Shown in pieces: positions 1 through 8,603 of a stretch of 17,408 nt of DNA; the stretch's first letter is position 1; each line of letters begins with the position of its first letter. Position numbers and translations under genes: made by a program. Origin of the DNA: Promethearchaeota archaeon (GTDB lineage Archaea; Asgardarchaeota; Lokiarchaeia; Sigyniarchaeales; SOKP01); assembly GCA_048938005.1 (NCBI GenBank), contig JBHLMQ010000008.1, positions 1 to 17,408 on the forward strand, written 5' to 3'. The notes beneath the pieces are model-generated. The model made no database searches, was not told where the DNA came from, and saw nothing but the letters and a program-made list of their open reading frames with translations.

Positions 1-662
1 CTAATGATACACGATCTTGGATATTATCTCCCGGTGAAGGGACCAAGATTGTGTTTTATGAAATACGGGATAATGCTTGGTTGATCACTCAATATAACGA
101 TACAATTATTCTCGATCTGACCGGCCCCACAGGCTCCATCACTATTAATAATGGGGATACATGGACAAATTCTACGAGTGTAATTTTAACATTGATTTAC
201 AATGACACGATTTCAGGAGTTGATAAAGTCCGTTATAGTAATAATGGTACTACTTGGACTCCATGGGAGACTGCTAATGATACACGAAGTTGGATATTAT
301 CTCCCGGTGAAGGGACCAAGATTGTGTTTTATGAAATACGGGATAATGCTGGGTTAATCACTCAATTTAACGATACAATTGATCTAGACATGACCGGTCC
401 TACTGGTTCTATTGAGATTAATGGTGGGGATACATGGACAAATTCTACGAGTGTATTATTATCATCGGTGTATGCAGATATGGCTTCTGGAGTTGATAAA
501 GTCCGTTATAGTAATAATGGTACTACTTGGACTCCATGGGAAACTGCTAATGATACACGATCTTGGATATTATCTCCTGGTGAAGGGACCAAGATTGTGT
601 TTTATGAAATACGGGATAATGCTGGGTTGATCACTCAATATAATGATACAATAGGGCTAGAT
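1..662 (+). repeat. Intragenic tandem repeat, 273-bp (91-aa) unit, ~2.4 copies visible
   Basis: ctaatgatacacga recurs at 1, 274 and 547 (period 273), with long near-identical blocks. Confidence 0.95.
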
Positions 663-2924
663 ACAATGAACCCAGAAGCTCCTATAAATTTATCTGCAAC
701 TCCTAGCACATGGACCAATATTGATAATTTTACTTTATCATGGGTAAATCCTTTAGATATGTCCGGTATATTTGGAGCATATTATAAATTGGATGCTCTC
801 CCGAATAATAATACTGATGGAAACTATAAGCCCGGTGTTAATATAACATCAATTACAGGGATAATTGTAGGTTCTGATGGAGCTCATGCAATTTATGTAT
901 GGTTGAAGGATGATGCGGGAAACGTCAACTATACTAATTATGAATTTATACAGGTATACTTGGATACAACCAAACCAATAATAATTGATAATCAAGAAGG
1001 AGATGATGTTTGGCGAAATTTAAATACTGGTCCAGGAACATTATATGATGTAGACTTTTTCGATTCAAATCCTTCCTACAGTTTAGATTACGCACAGTAT
1101 ATAATCACCACTACACTCAGTCAAGGAGGGACAATAGTAAAAAATTGGACTTATATTTTCATTGATCTTGGATTAACTAACTATACAAACAATTGGTCCA
1201 TTGATTTTAGTATGTGTCAAGAAGGAATAAATTATGTATCTGTACGAGTATATGACAAAACAGGAAATGTTGCGATCTTAAATGATACATTTTATGTTAA
1301 AAAGGATACAATCGCTCCCAAAATCACTATATACAATCCAAAACCTGGTGAATTGTTTGGAATTCCTTCCCCACCAATTAACATTAGCATATATGATGAT
1401 CATCTTGATTTCGTGTGGTATGAATTAGATAACGGTACACCACCAAACCCCACTAGAGAATGGACGGATTCTATCTATCAAGAAGATTGGGATCAAATGG
1501 GAAACGGCACGGTTACTCTTAGATTCATTGCCTATGACTTGGCGAATAATATAAATATTACCACTTTACCTCTAAGAAAAAATATCCATGATCCAATAAT
1601 TATAATAACTGATCCACTTGATAATGAGTTAGTCGGTAGAGTTCCTCCAAACATCAAGTTATATAACAGTTCTGCAGCAATTGATACAATTTGGTATAGA
1701 ATATATAATAGTACTTTTTCCACTTTAAATATTACGTGGGATGGTTCGATTAATATGAGCGCGTGGGATTTATTCGGAAACGGAACTCTATCTATAATGT
1801 TTTATATTAACGATACGCTCGGAAGCGTCGGATTCGATTATGTTAAATTGAAAAAAGATCTAATAATACCAAATATTGATATTTCTAATCCAAAGCCATT
1901 TAAATTATTCGGAGCAACCCCACCAAATGTATCAGTAAATTATTTCGATGATAACTCTATTTCCTCAATATCTTACCAACTCCAAAACTTTCCGCAAAAT
2001 TTCTCAACTCAATTTAGGTCATGGACAGAATCAATCAACTCATCTGACTGGAATGAAATGATTAATGGAACAGTAACTATCATTTTCCGTGCGGAGGATA
2101 TAGTGGGTAACCTTGCCTTTGCAAATGTGACTGTGAGAAAAGATATTATTGCTCCAGATATAATTCTATATTATCCTCCCTATAACGGAACATTATATTC
2201 CCATGAGCGTCCATGGGTATCTTTCGTTGTTCAAGAAGGAAGTGGCATAGCAAATGTATCATATCAACTCAAAAACGCTACTTTTAGTTCTCCAATTCGA
2301 GAATGGAATAATTCGATTGATCAGAATTTATGGGATGATTTTGGAAACGGAACTATAACTATTTATATTTATGCAAGTGACATTGTTGGTAACAATGGAA
2401 ATGCTTCTGTAATAGTTCGAAAAGATATTATTTGGCCATCTATTATAATAAAATCCCCATCCCCATACGAGAAATTTGGAAGAGATTCTCCGTTTTTCGA
2501 AGTAAATATTACCGATGGGAACTTAGATACTAGTTGGTACATAATTCTTGGTACGAACAAGGAAATTCCTTTTACAGGTCCATTTGGTAGGATTGATCAA
2601 GAATTATGGGAATTTGTATGGGACAATACGACCATGAACGGTATAATTACCATTCAATTTTATGCTAACGATACAAAGGGAAACGAGAATTTTGTGGATC
2701 TTCATCTGATAAAATATCAACCGACTAGTGTGTTTACAATATCTAATCCATTAGGGCTTATATTCTCAACCTTTGGTTTAATGATAATGGTTCCTATAAC
2801 AGTGAAATTAATAAAAAGTCGATATTATCAAAATTTAAACAAGAAGGAAAAGGGCAAGTTAAAAAAAGTTTTAATCGCCGCCTTTATCTTATTATCTATT
2901 ACAGTATTATTCTATATTTTTTAA
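3..2924 (+). CDS. Large cell-surface glycoprotein with tandem Ig-like repeats and C-terminal two-TM membrane anchor (5'-partial)
   Basis: The frame is open from nt 3 (NDTRSWILSPGEGTKIVFY...), so the start at 51 is an internal GTG and the gene begins upstream of the window. It has 91-aa repeats, then five ~92-95-aa repeats with Ig-like 'xDxxGN' ends, many N-x-S/T sequons, and two hydrophobic helices separated by a Lys-rich loop at the C-terminus. Confidence 0.85.
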   Translation, partial: NDTRSWILSPGEGTKIVFYEIRDNAWLITQYNDTIILDLTGPTGSITINNGDTWTNSTSVILTLIYNDTISGVDKVRYSNNGTTWTPWETANDTRSWILSPGEGTKIVFYEIRDNAGLITQFNDTIDLDMTGPTGSIEINGGDTWTNSTSVLLSSVYADMASGVDKVRYSNNGTTWTPWETANDTRSWILSPGEGTKIVFYEIRDNAGLITQYNDTIGLDTMNPEAPINLSATPSTWTNIDNFTLSWVNPLDMSGIFGAYYKLDALPNNNTDGNYKPGVNITSITGIIVGSDGAHAIYVWLKDDAGNVNYTNYEFIQVYLDTTKPIIIDNQEGDDVWRNLNTGPGTLYDVDFFDSNPSYSLDYAQYIITTTLSQGGTIVKNWTYIFIDLGLTNYTNNWSIDFSMCQEGINYVSVRVYDKTGNVAILNDTFYVKKDTIAPKITIYNPKPGELFGIPSPPINISIYDDHLDFVWYELDNGTPPNPTREWTDSIYQEDWDQMGNGTVTLRFIAYDLANNINITTLPLRKNIHDPIIIITDPLDNELVGRVPPNIKLYNSSAAIDTIWYRIYNSTFSTLNITWDGSINMSAWDLFGNGTLSIMFYINDTLGSVGFDYVKLKKDLIIPNIDISNPKPFKLFGATPPNVSVNYFDDNSISSISYQLQNFPQNFSTQFRSWTESINSSDWNEMINGTVTIIFRAEDIVGNLAFANVTVRKDIIAPDIILYYPPYNGTLYSHERPWVSFVVQEGSGIANVSYQLKNATFSSPIREWNNSIDQNLWDDFGNGTITIYIYASDIVGNNGNASVIVRKDIIWPSIIIKSPSPYEKFGRDSPFFEVNITDGNLDTSWYIILGTNKEIPFTGPFGRIDQELWEFVWDNTTMNGIITIQFYANDTKGNENFVDLHLIKYQPTSVFTISNPLGLIFSTFGLMIMVPITVKLIKSRYYQNLNKKEKGKLKKVLIAAFILLSITVLFYIF
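1299..2712 (+). repeat. Five degenerate ~92-95-aa Ig-like protein repeats
   Basis: Units begin KKDTIAP (~1299), RKNIHDP (~1575), KKDLIIP (~1851), RKDIIAP (~2136) and RKDIIWP (~2418); each has a W..(G/M/I)NG(T/I).T/S..F/Y...D..G/A-N-type motif. Confidence 0.8.
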
Positions 2925-2958
2925 AATATCAGTAATTAATTTGAAATTTTATTGAATT

Positions 2959-3939
2959 TTATCCTCTCTTATTTTTTGAATGCTTTAAAATAAGTTGTAA
3001 TTCATAGAAATCTAACTTTTTTCCTGCCTTTTGCTTATCTAACGCAATTGCTAATTTTTTTTGTTCTAGTTTTTTATACTTTTTTTTCTTTTTAATAATA
3101 GCCTTAACATTAGCTGTTTCTATTTTCCATGGTCTAATTTTACTTTTTGGTCTATTCGATAATTTATTTAATAAGGTTTTTTTATTTTGGTCCATCAATT
3201 TTAAGAAAAGCTGGTAGTACCCTTCTGCGGAAGTTTTATTTTCCATTAATTCATTTACTATTTCATTTTTAATATTTTCAAATTCTCTTGATTTCTTGTA
3301 TAAATTAAGCATTTTCTTATGAGTCCTTAGCCTTTTATCAGACAATTTAATCAAATTTTCATAAATTTCTTTTAAATTGTTTTCAAGGGGTTCAATTTTT
3401 CTTTGAATTATATAGTATTCACTATTTTGCAATTTTTTGGCTTGTCTTTGCTCTAATTCTCCCAACCCAGTAATTTTATTTTGTTTATCTTTTTCTAATC
3501 CCCTGAGTTCTTCTATAATTTCATTTTCTTCGTCAATATCTAATATCTGTTCTTCAAGTTTTTTGTTCATAATCTCTATTTTATTCTCTATTTCCTCAAT
3601 AGATCGTTTAGTGTAATCAATTGAGACTGCAATGTTACTATTTAATTTTGGTTTTTGAAGAGAGCTCAATTTTTTAGTAAAATGATTCCAAAGTCGTTCA
3701 TATTCAGTTTTTTGGCTTTTCAATTTTGCTAATTTAACATTATATTCATAACGCTTTTCATTATAAAATTCTCTTGCATCAAATAACAAGTAGTAGATTT
3801 GAGAGTCAATATTCTGCAAACTGAGGATATAATTCTTGAGTTTGGTATTCAGCTGGTCCCTCTCAAGCACAAATTCTTTGACCTTTTTTTGCGCATTTTC
3901 TATATAATTGCTAAAATCATATTTTTCTTTGTTACTCAT
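2959..3939 (-). CDS. Archaeal coiled-coil protein (COG1340-like)
   Basis: 326 aa, almost entirely heptad coiled coil, with the internal motif 'LDIDEENEIIEELRGLE' and C-terminal 'ALDKQKAGKKLDFYELQLIL', both typical of the archaeal COG1340 family as I recall it. Confidence 0.7.
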   Translation of the reverse strand: MSNKEKYDFSNYIENAQKKVKEFVLERDQLNTKLKNYILSLQNIDSQIYYLLFDAREFYNEKRYEYNVKLAKLKSQKTEYERLWNHFTKKLSSLQKPKLNSNIAVSIDYTKRSIEEIENKIEIMNKKLEEQILDIDEENEIIEELRGLEKDKQNKITGLGELEQRQAKKLQNSEYYIIQRKIEPLENNLKEIYENLIKLSDKRLRTHKKMLNLYKKSREFENIKNEIVNELMENKTSAEGYYQLFLKLMDQNKKTLLNKLSNRPKSKIRPWKIETANVKAIIKKKKKYKKLEQKKLAIALDKQKAGKKLDFYELQLILKHSKNKRG

Positions 3940-4168
3940 TTAAAAAATTACTTTTAATTAATTTATATTCTTTTAAAATGACATTGAGTTATTGATGTTC
4001 TTCATAGAGCACCATTAATTAATTATATACTATTACTTAAATTCTTTTATATAGAAGAAAATAAGTTGTAGTGCAAATTTTTTGATAAATGAAAGACCAG
4101 AGGCATTTCCTAACTGAAAAGATATTAGAATAAAGTCAAAGAAAAATATTTTATAATTTTAAAGTATT

Positions 4169-4199
4169 AAAAAAAAAATTGGCAAGATTACTTGCCAAT
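4169..4199 (-). terminator. Hairpin plus oligo-U terminator downstream of the 4254-5006 gene
   Basis: Perfect 9-bp inverted repeat attggcaag-atta-cttgccaat (4178-4199), followed on the minus strand by a run of about 9 T (4177-4169). Confidence 0.6.
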
Positions 4200-4253
4200 C
4201 AAACAGTTATTCCAACTGTTATTCTTAAACTGGCGATGTTTTATCATCGGGAG

Positions 4254-5006
4254 TTAGGGTTCCTGGGACATAGCTTTATGTGCCAGTATTACCATAAACT
4301 TTTGGGTGTCTAAATGACAACCTTTCCATTGGGTAACATAACATACGTCGACCTCTTTATCAAGGGTCCTTGTTTGGTCAAAACCTTGTGGTAGATGGTT
4401 ACTATCTAAACAAATTGGTGCGTCTGTATAGAATGTGAGATTATAATCAACAGCACATGGACATGAGCCCACAACTTCTGTTTCTTCAAATTTAACATGA
4501 ATTACTCCTTCAAAACAATAATCACCCTTCAATTGGTTAAGGAAAATTGCTCCCCATTCGGGTGTATACCCACCGACACTTGTAACGGTCATATAATAAT
4601 CATCCAACCATTCATTATCTATGCATAATGGGAGTGGATCATTTTCGGGTGGAAGATTTGTTCTTGACCAATCAATTTCTAATGTACCAGGATCGGTGTC
4701 AAAACGACCCACATAGCCTTTTTCTGGTACTGGCCCGTCACATAGCCCCAATGCTCCATCCGAATCTTCACTGGATTGACCTTCAGAAATAAAGATTTCT
4801 GAAGAAATCTCCTTTAATGGATTTTTTTCCGGAATGAATGGAATCTCAAAATCATCGTTTTGAGAGCCATTTTCAGCATTAACCCAAACACCCAGCACAG
4901 ATAACCCCATGATTATAGTCAACGTAACTAATATAATCCCTATAACAGCGCTAGAATAACTGTCATTGGTCTCTTTGTAGAGACATGGTTTTGTGCTTAG
5001 AGACAT
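4254..5006 (-). CDS. Membrane-anchored/secreted acidic Cys-rich hypothetical protein with pilin-like N-terminal hydrophobic helix
   Basis: The ORF track starts at a TTG (5027); the ATG at 5006 (MSLSTKP...) is more likely, with TATA-like TTTAAATA about 30 nt upstream. One N-terminal hydrophobic segment SAVIGIILVTLTIIMGLSVLGVWV is followed by a D/E-rich ectodomain with 8 Cys. Confidence 0.7.
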   Translation of the reverse strand: MSLSTKPCLYKETNDSYSSAVIGIILVTLTIIMGLSVLGVWVNAENGSQNDDFEIPFIPEKNPLKEISSEIFISEGQSSEDSDGALGLCDGPVPEKGYVGRFDTDPGTLEIDWSRTNLPPENDPLPLCIDNEWLDDYYMTVTSVGGYTPEWGAIFLNQLKGDYCFEGVIHVKFEETEVVGSCPCAVDYNLTFYTDAPICLDSNHLPQGFDQTRTLDKEVDVCYVTQWKGCHLDTQKFMVILAHKAMSQEP

Positions 5007-5139
5007 CACCAAATGTTTATAGCACAAATAAAATATTTAAATTTTATGGTTGGAAAATGCACACAAAAAAATGGGATAAGCTCAGATTTTACACACAATT
5101 TTTATTGTTGTTATCATAAAAAAAATGGATTCATTCAAG

Positions 5140-5183
5140 AAAGTGAAAATAACTAAGATTTGAAAGACCTAACTTTTCACTTT
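5140..5183 (-). other. 3'-UTR stem-loop immediately after the DUF2299 stop codon
   Basis: 10-bp inverted repeat aaagtgaaaa (5140-5149) / ttttcacttt (5174-5183); on the minus-strand RNA the interior extends the stem with G-U pairs (GUUAGG/CUUAGU). Confidence 0.4.
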
Positions 5184-5689
5184 TATGAAAATAAATTAAA
5201 ATCATATTTATCAGTTTTTTTATCTTTTCCCATACAATATTCTTCTAGTATTAGATTACTATAGATATAACAATAGAATACTTTTTGAATTCTTTTGAAA
5301 AAAGAATCTTTTGAAATTATTCTTTCTTTTTGAGGATAAAATTGCTCGTGGATTTCAATAATCATCTTCTGAATATCAATAGAAAAATTAACTTCCTTAA
5401 TAAGAAAATATTTTCTTAAATCCTTAAATACTTTAATTTTTTGATCTTCTTTGAGTGAACTTAAAAGCTTCACTCGTTCTTCCGATATTTGATATCGAAT
5501 GGTTATAAAAATATTATTACTAGTTTTTGGTTTATAAATACTCATGTTCTGACTCCTTAATCCTCCAGGCGGAAATGAAAAAACAAACCCAAAATCAAAT
5601 TCCTTACTAGTTATTTTTTCTTTTAAGATTCCTTCTTCTAATAAATATTCTCTTATTACTTTTTCAAAATTAGCTGTCTTAATTGACAT
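5183..5689 (-). CDS. DUF2299 family protein
   Basis: 168 aa; N-terminal 'IREYLLEEG', 'F.F..SFPPG' and 'IYKPK...IFI' motifs match my recollection of archaeal DUF2299 proteins. Confidence 0.7.
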   Translation of the reverse strand: MSIKTANFEKVIREYLLEEGILKEKITSKEFDFGFVFSFPPGGLRSQNMSIYKPKTSNNIFITIRYQISEERVKLLSSLKEDQKIKVFKDLRKYFLIKEVNFSIDIQKMIIEIHEQFYPQKERIISKDSFFKRIQKVFYCYIYSNLILEEYCMGKDKKTDKYDFNLFS

Positions 5690-5966
5690 GTGTATCTTTT
5701 AAATAATAAATTTGGCATAGGGAATAATATTTTCTTAAACATAATAATCTTTATGTATTTGTAAATCATTATTCTTAGATTCTTTCGAATTTATGTTAAA
5801 AATTTGTGTGCTAAGAAGTTAAATTTTTTAATCCCTCTATTTCTTGTTGAGTGTTAAGTTCAAGCTTAAAAATATTTTCATTTATTCAATAATGTCAGAG
5901 TGATTTGATTAAATTTAAAAAAAAGAATTGAATATCTATATTTATAGGTAATAAATTCAATATTAG

Positions 5967-7934
5967 GTGATTAATATAACATCCATTATGCAAGTTGCTA
6001 ATAGTATCGGAAAATCGACGACGGAAAGGATGATAGAGATTGGGATTGACTCAATAGAAAAGCTAGCTACTTCGAGGATAGAAGATTTACTAGTTATAGA
6101 TGGTATTGGAGTTTCAAAAGCGAAAAACTATATCCAGTTTGCAAGGAAGCATATTGAAAGAATTATGGCAAAGGAAAAAATATACAATATAATTAATAAA
6201 GCAAGAACATCCAATATATCAAAATCAGTGAGTAACATTCCTAAACCATCTAATAAGAAATCTGACCCCAGAGTCCCAATAAGCTCTATAAAAAAATTAG
6301 CATCTTCGAGTATTGATGATTTATCCAAAATAAAAGGTATGGCTGCTTCAGATGCACAAAGATATATTGAAATTGCAAATAAGTATCTAGAAAGTATGAG
6401 GAAAGAAGAAATAGCGTCGAAAAAATTAAGTTCAGAATCAAACTTACAAAGCCAAGCTTTAGGTTTCGTAAAATTTGGCGATAAAAGATATCCACAGAAC
6501 CTGGAAAAATTAAAACTACCTGAACAAAAGAAAGACTCATATTTAGAGAAACCTCACCTTGACTTTAAATTAAGCGAAAAATCAAGCTACAGGAAGCCTG
6601 TAAAAACAAAACCAGTAAAAGTGGATATAAAGGAACAATCAGAGATCCGAACATTTTTCAGTCCAGAAACGATGCAAAAAATTCGATTTTTCCACTTTAA
6701 AATTAAAAACTTAGAAAAATATTTAGAAAGAAATGAAGAATTTTCCTTCTCTGAGCTTAATAATATTATTCAATATATAAAAATACTTAATGTTAATTAT
6801 AAAACCCAAAGCCAAATAAGAATATTTAAAGAATTAGATATTACCCCTTCTTGTTATGATCCTATTGCGAAACAAGAGATTAAAATATGGGATTTAATTT
6901 TTGAATGCTCGCGAGTGTTATGGATTGCGGCACAAGCTTATTCTTACCTTTCCAATAAGTTCGAAACAGAAAATTTAATGGAAAATGCGATAGTAGCAAT
7001 GGTGGAGTGCAGTAAGATGTATAAAACTGCGGCATATTTCAGTGCAGCATGTACTCGACAAGAAGATAAAGGAATTGCATTATCTGTTGAGAATCTTGAA
7101 TTGAATTCTGAGGAGTCTCGTATATTTGCTCAAAATTTAGCCACTTTAAGTGAAGAAAAGAAGGAAAACTTTGCAATGGCAGCTAATTTATCTTCAGGAT
7201 TAAGTGCACTAACTAAAAGATTAGCATTTTTAAGAAAGTATGATGATAAAAGGCAAAATCAGTTTAAAGCCCAATACAATTATGATATGGGCAGAGCATG
7301 TCATTTAAAAGCAAAATCTTTATTAAAAGTGTCACCAGAAGCTGAAAATGAAGAAAAAATTGAAAATTTGCAGAAGAAAGCAAATTATTATTATATAAAG
7401 GCTGAAGAAATATGGGAATCCATGATAACTAAATCTATAAAATTAACAGATCAAGAAAAGGAAAGTATAACAAGTAATTTATCAATAGTAAATGAAAATA
7501 TCATAGAAAATGATGTCGAGATAATAGATGACAAAGAAGCTTTAGATATACAAGATCCAGAACCACTTATAATAGTCCCAGAAAACCTTGCACCATTTAT
7601 TCCACGAACTACCAATTTTTTAACAAAATACAGGCAAGCAGATCTTAATTTCGACGCCTACCGACGCTATAAAAATATAATATCAGAAGTTTTAATTAAT
7701 TTCAATAAACTCGAGGAGCTACAAAACAGTAAAGCAGGTATTGGTCGAACATTAAAACAATTACGAATTTTGTATGATAATAATGATATCGATATTAACA
7801 GTTTTACTGAACTTTTTGAAAAATACTCAATAAAACTTGAAACAATTGAGTCTGCAATTCAAAACTTAAAAAATCCTGAAAATAAACCTAAAACAACGGG
7901 AGATAAAAAAGAAATTCTTAAATCAATTATGTAG
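5967..7934 (+). CDS. Multidomain protein: two helix-hairpin-helix modules, putative Bro1 domain, C-terminal steadiness-box (Vps23/TSG101 core)-like domain
   Basis: HhH modules at aa ~8-62 (IGKSTTERM..G..SIEKLA...EDLLVIDGIGVSKAKNYI) and ~105-142. aa ~230-545 carry Bro1-like motifs (YDP...DLIFE..RVLW.AA..YS.L; LS.ENL......IFAQ; AANLS; END). aa ~580-636 align without gaps to the TSG101 steadiness box. The CDS itself is secure; the domain calls are by eye. Confidence 0.75.
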   Translation: MINITSIMQVANSIGKSTTERMIEIGIDSIEKLATSRIEDLLVIDGIGVSKAKNYIQFARKHIERIMAKEKIYNIINKARTSNISKSVSNIPKPSNKKSDPRVPISSIKKLASSSIDDLSKIKGMAASDAQRYIEIANKYLESMRKEEIASKKLSSESNLQSQALGFVKFGDKRYPQNLEKLKLPEQKKDSYLEKPHLDFKLSEKSSYRKPVKTKPVKVDIKEQSEIRTFFSPETMQKIRFFHFKIKNLEKYLERNEEFSFSELNNIIQYIKILNVNYKTQSQIRIFKELDITPSCYDPIAKQEIKIWDLIFECSRVLWIAAQAYSYLSNKFETENLMENAIVAMVECSKMYKTAAYFSAACTRQEDKGIALSVENLELNSEESRIFAQNLATLSEEKKENFAMAANLSSGLSALTKRLAFLRKYDDKRQNQFKAQYNYDMGRACHLKAKSLLKVSPEAENEEKIENLQKKANYYYIKAEEIWESMITKSIKLTDQEKESITSNLSIVNENIIENDVEIIDDKEALDIQDPEPLIIVPENLAPFIPRTTNFLTKYRQADLNFDAYRRYKNIISEVLINFNKLEELQNSKAGIGRTLKQLRILYDNNDIDINSFTELFEKYSIKLETIESAIQNLKNPENKPKTTGDKKEILKSIM

Positions 7935-7947
7935 TTTAGAATATCAA

Positions 7948-8481
7948 ATGGCTAATAGAAAACAAATCCAGAGCTCAATATCATTTACAAAATTGTTCGA
8001 TAATATTAAGAAAATTTTCTTCTATACTGTATTGGGAATTATAATCTTAATCTTTGTATTTGATCAAATATTAGCAATATGGCTAGCCGGCCTTTTTTTC
8101 ATTATATATTTAGTTTCATACTTAATTACTCTATCTTTTAAGAGAAGACTCCTAAGATTAATACAAGAATATCCTATTATAGCTGATAAAGAAATTGCCG
8201 ACAAGTTAGAACGTCCTCTAGATGATATTAGAAAGTTATTATCTTCATTATCTAAAAATCAGAAAAAAAAGAAATGGTTAATAGCATTTTTGAATAAGCG
8301 TTATATATGTTTAAATGAAAATGGGGTTGAGAATTTCAAACAATTATATAAACGAGGGTATAATGAAAAAAAAATTTTAGAGAATTTACAAAAAAAAATG
8401 AATATAAGATCCAGGGCTGAAGTTAAAGCTATTGAGAAAACATTAGCTACTCATGATAGACTTAGTAATTCGAGTAATTAA
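7948..8481 (+). CDS. Two-TM membrane protein with C-terminal winged-helix/HTH region
   Basis: Hydrophobic hairpin at aa ~23-64, then a wHTH pattern (LIQEYPII..KEIADKLERPLDDIRKLLSSL...WLIAFLNKRYIC) and a second HTH-like segment. Starts 13 nt after the 655-aa stop, so likely co-transcribed. Confidence 0.7.
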   Translation: MANRKQIQSSISFTKLFDNIKKIFFYTVLGIIILIFVFDQILAIWLAGLFFIIYLVSYLITLSFKRRLLRLIQEYPIIADKEIADKLERPLDDIRKLLSSLSKNQKKKKWLIAFLNKRYICLNENGVENFKQLYKRGYNEKKILENLQKKMNIRSRAEVKAIEKTLATHDRLSNSSN

Positions 8482-8603
8482 AATGACTTTCTATTCTAAT
8501 AGAATAAAAATTTTTTTAAAACCATCTCATTTACTTTTTAATAATAAATCTAAAAATTTTATTTATTTATTCTAAAAAAAATTTAACTTTTCGAGGTGAT
8601 TTA

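Noticed and set aside
1-662. CRISPR array
   Set aside because: The repeats are 273-bp in-frame coding units with no short repeat-spacer structure.
412-2560. Short alternative-frame ORFs 412-630, 1532-1723 and 2369-2560
   Set aside because: They lie inside the well-supported surface-protein CDS and have no recognisable motifs; shadow ORFs.
5140-5183. SECIS element in the 3'-UTR hairpins (here and at 4169-4250)
   Set aside because: No tandem GA/GA non-Watson-Crick core, and the upstream genes end in TAA with no evident in-frame Sec UGA.
5967-6400. RadA/Rad51 recombinase call from the N-terminal HhH
   Set aside because: No Walker A/B ATPase domain follows; only the HhH module is shared.
6128-6540. 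Antisense ORFs 6128-6328 and 6286-6540
   Set aside because: Antisense to the 655-aa gene; their hydrophobicity is the expected mirror of an A-rich coding strand.
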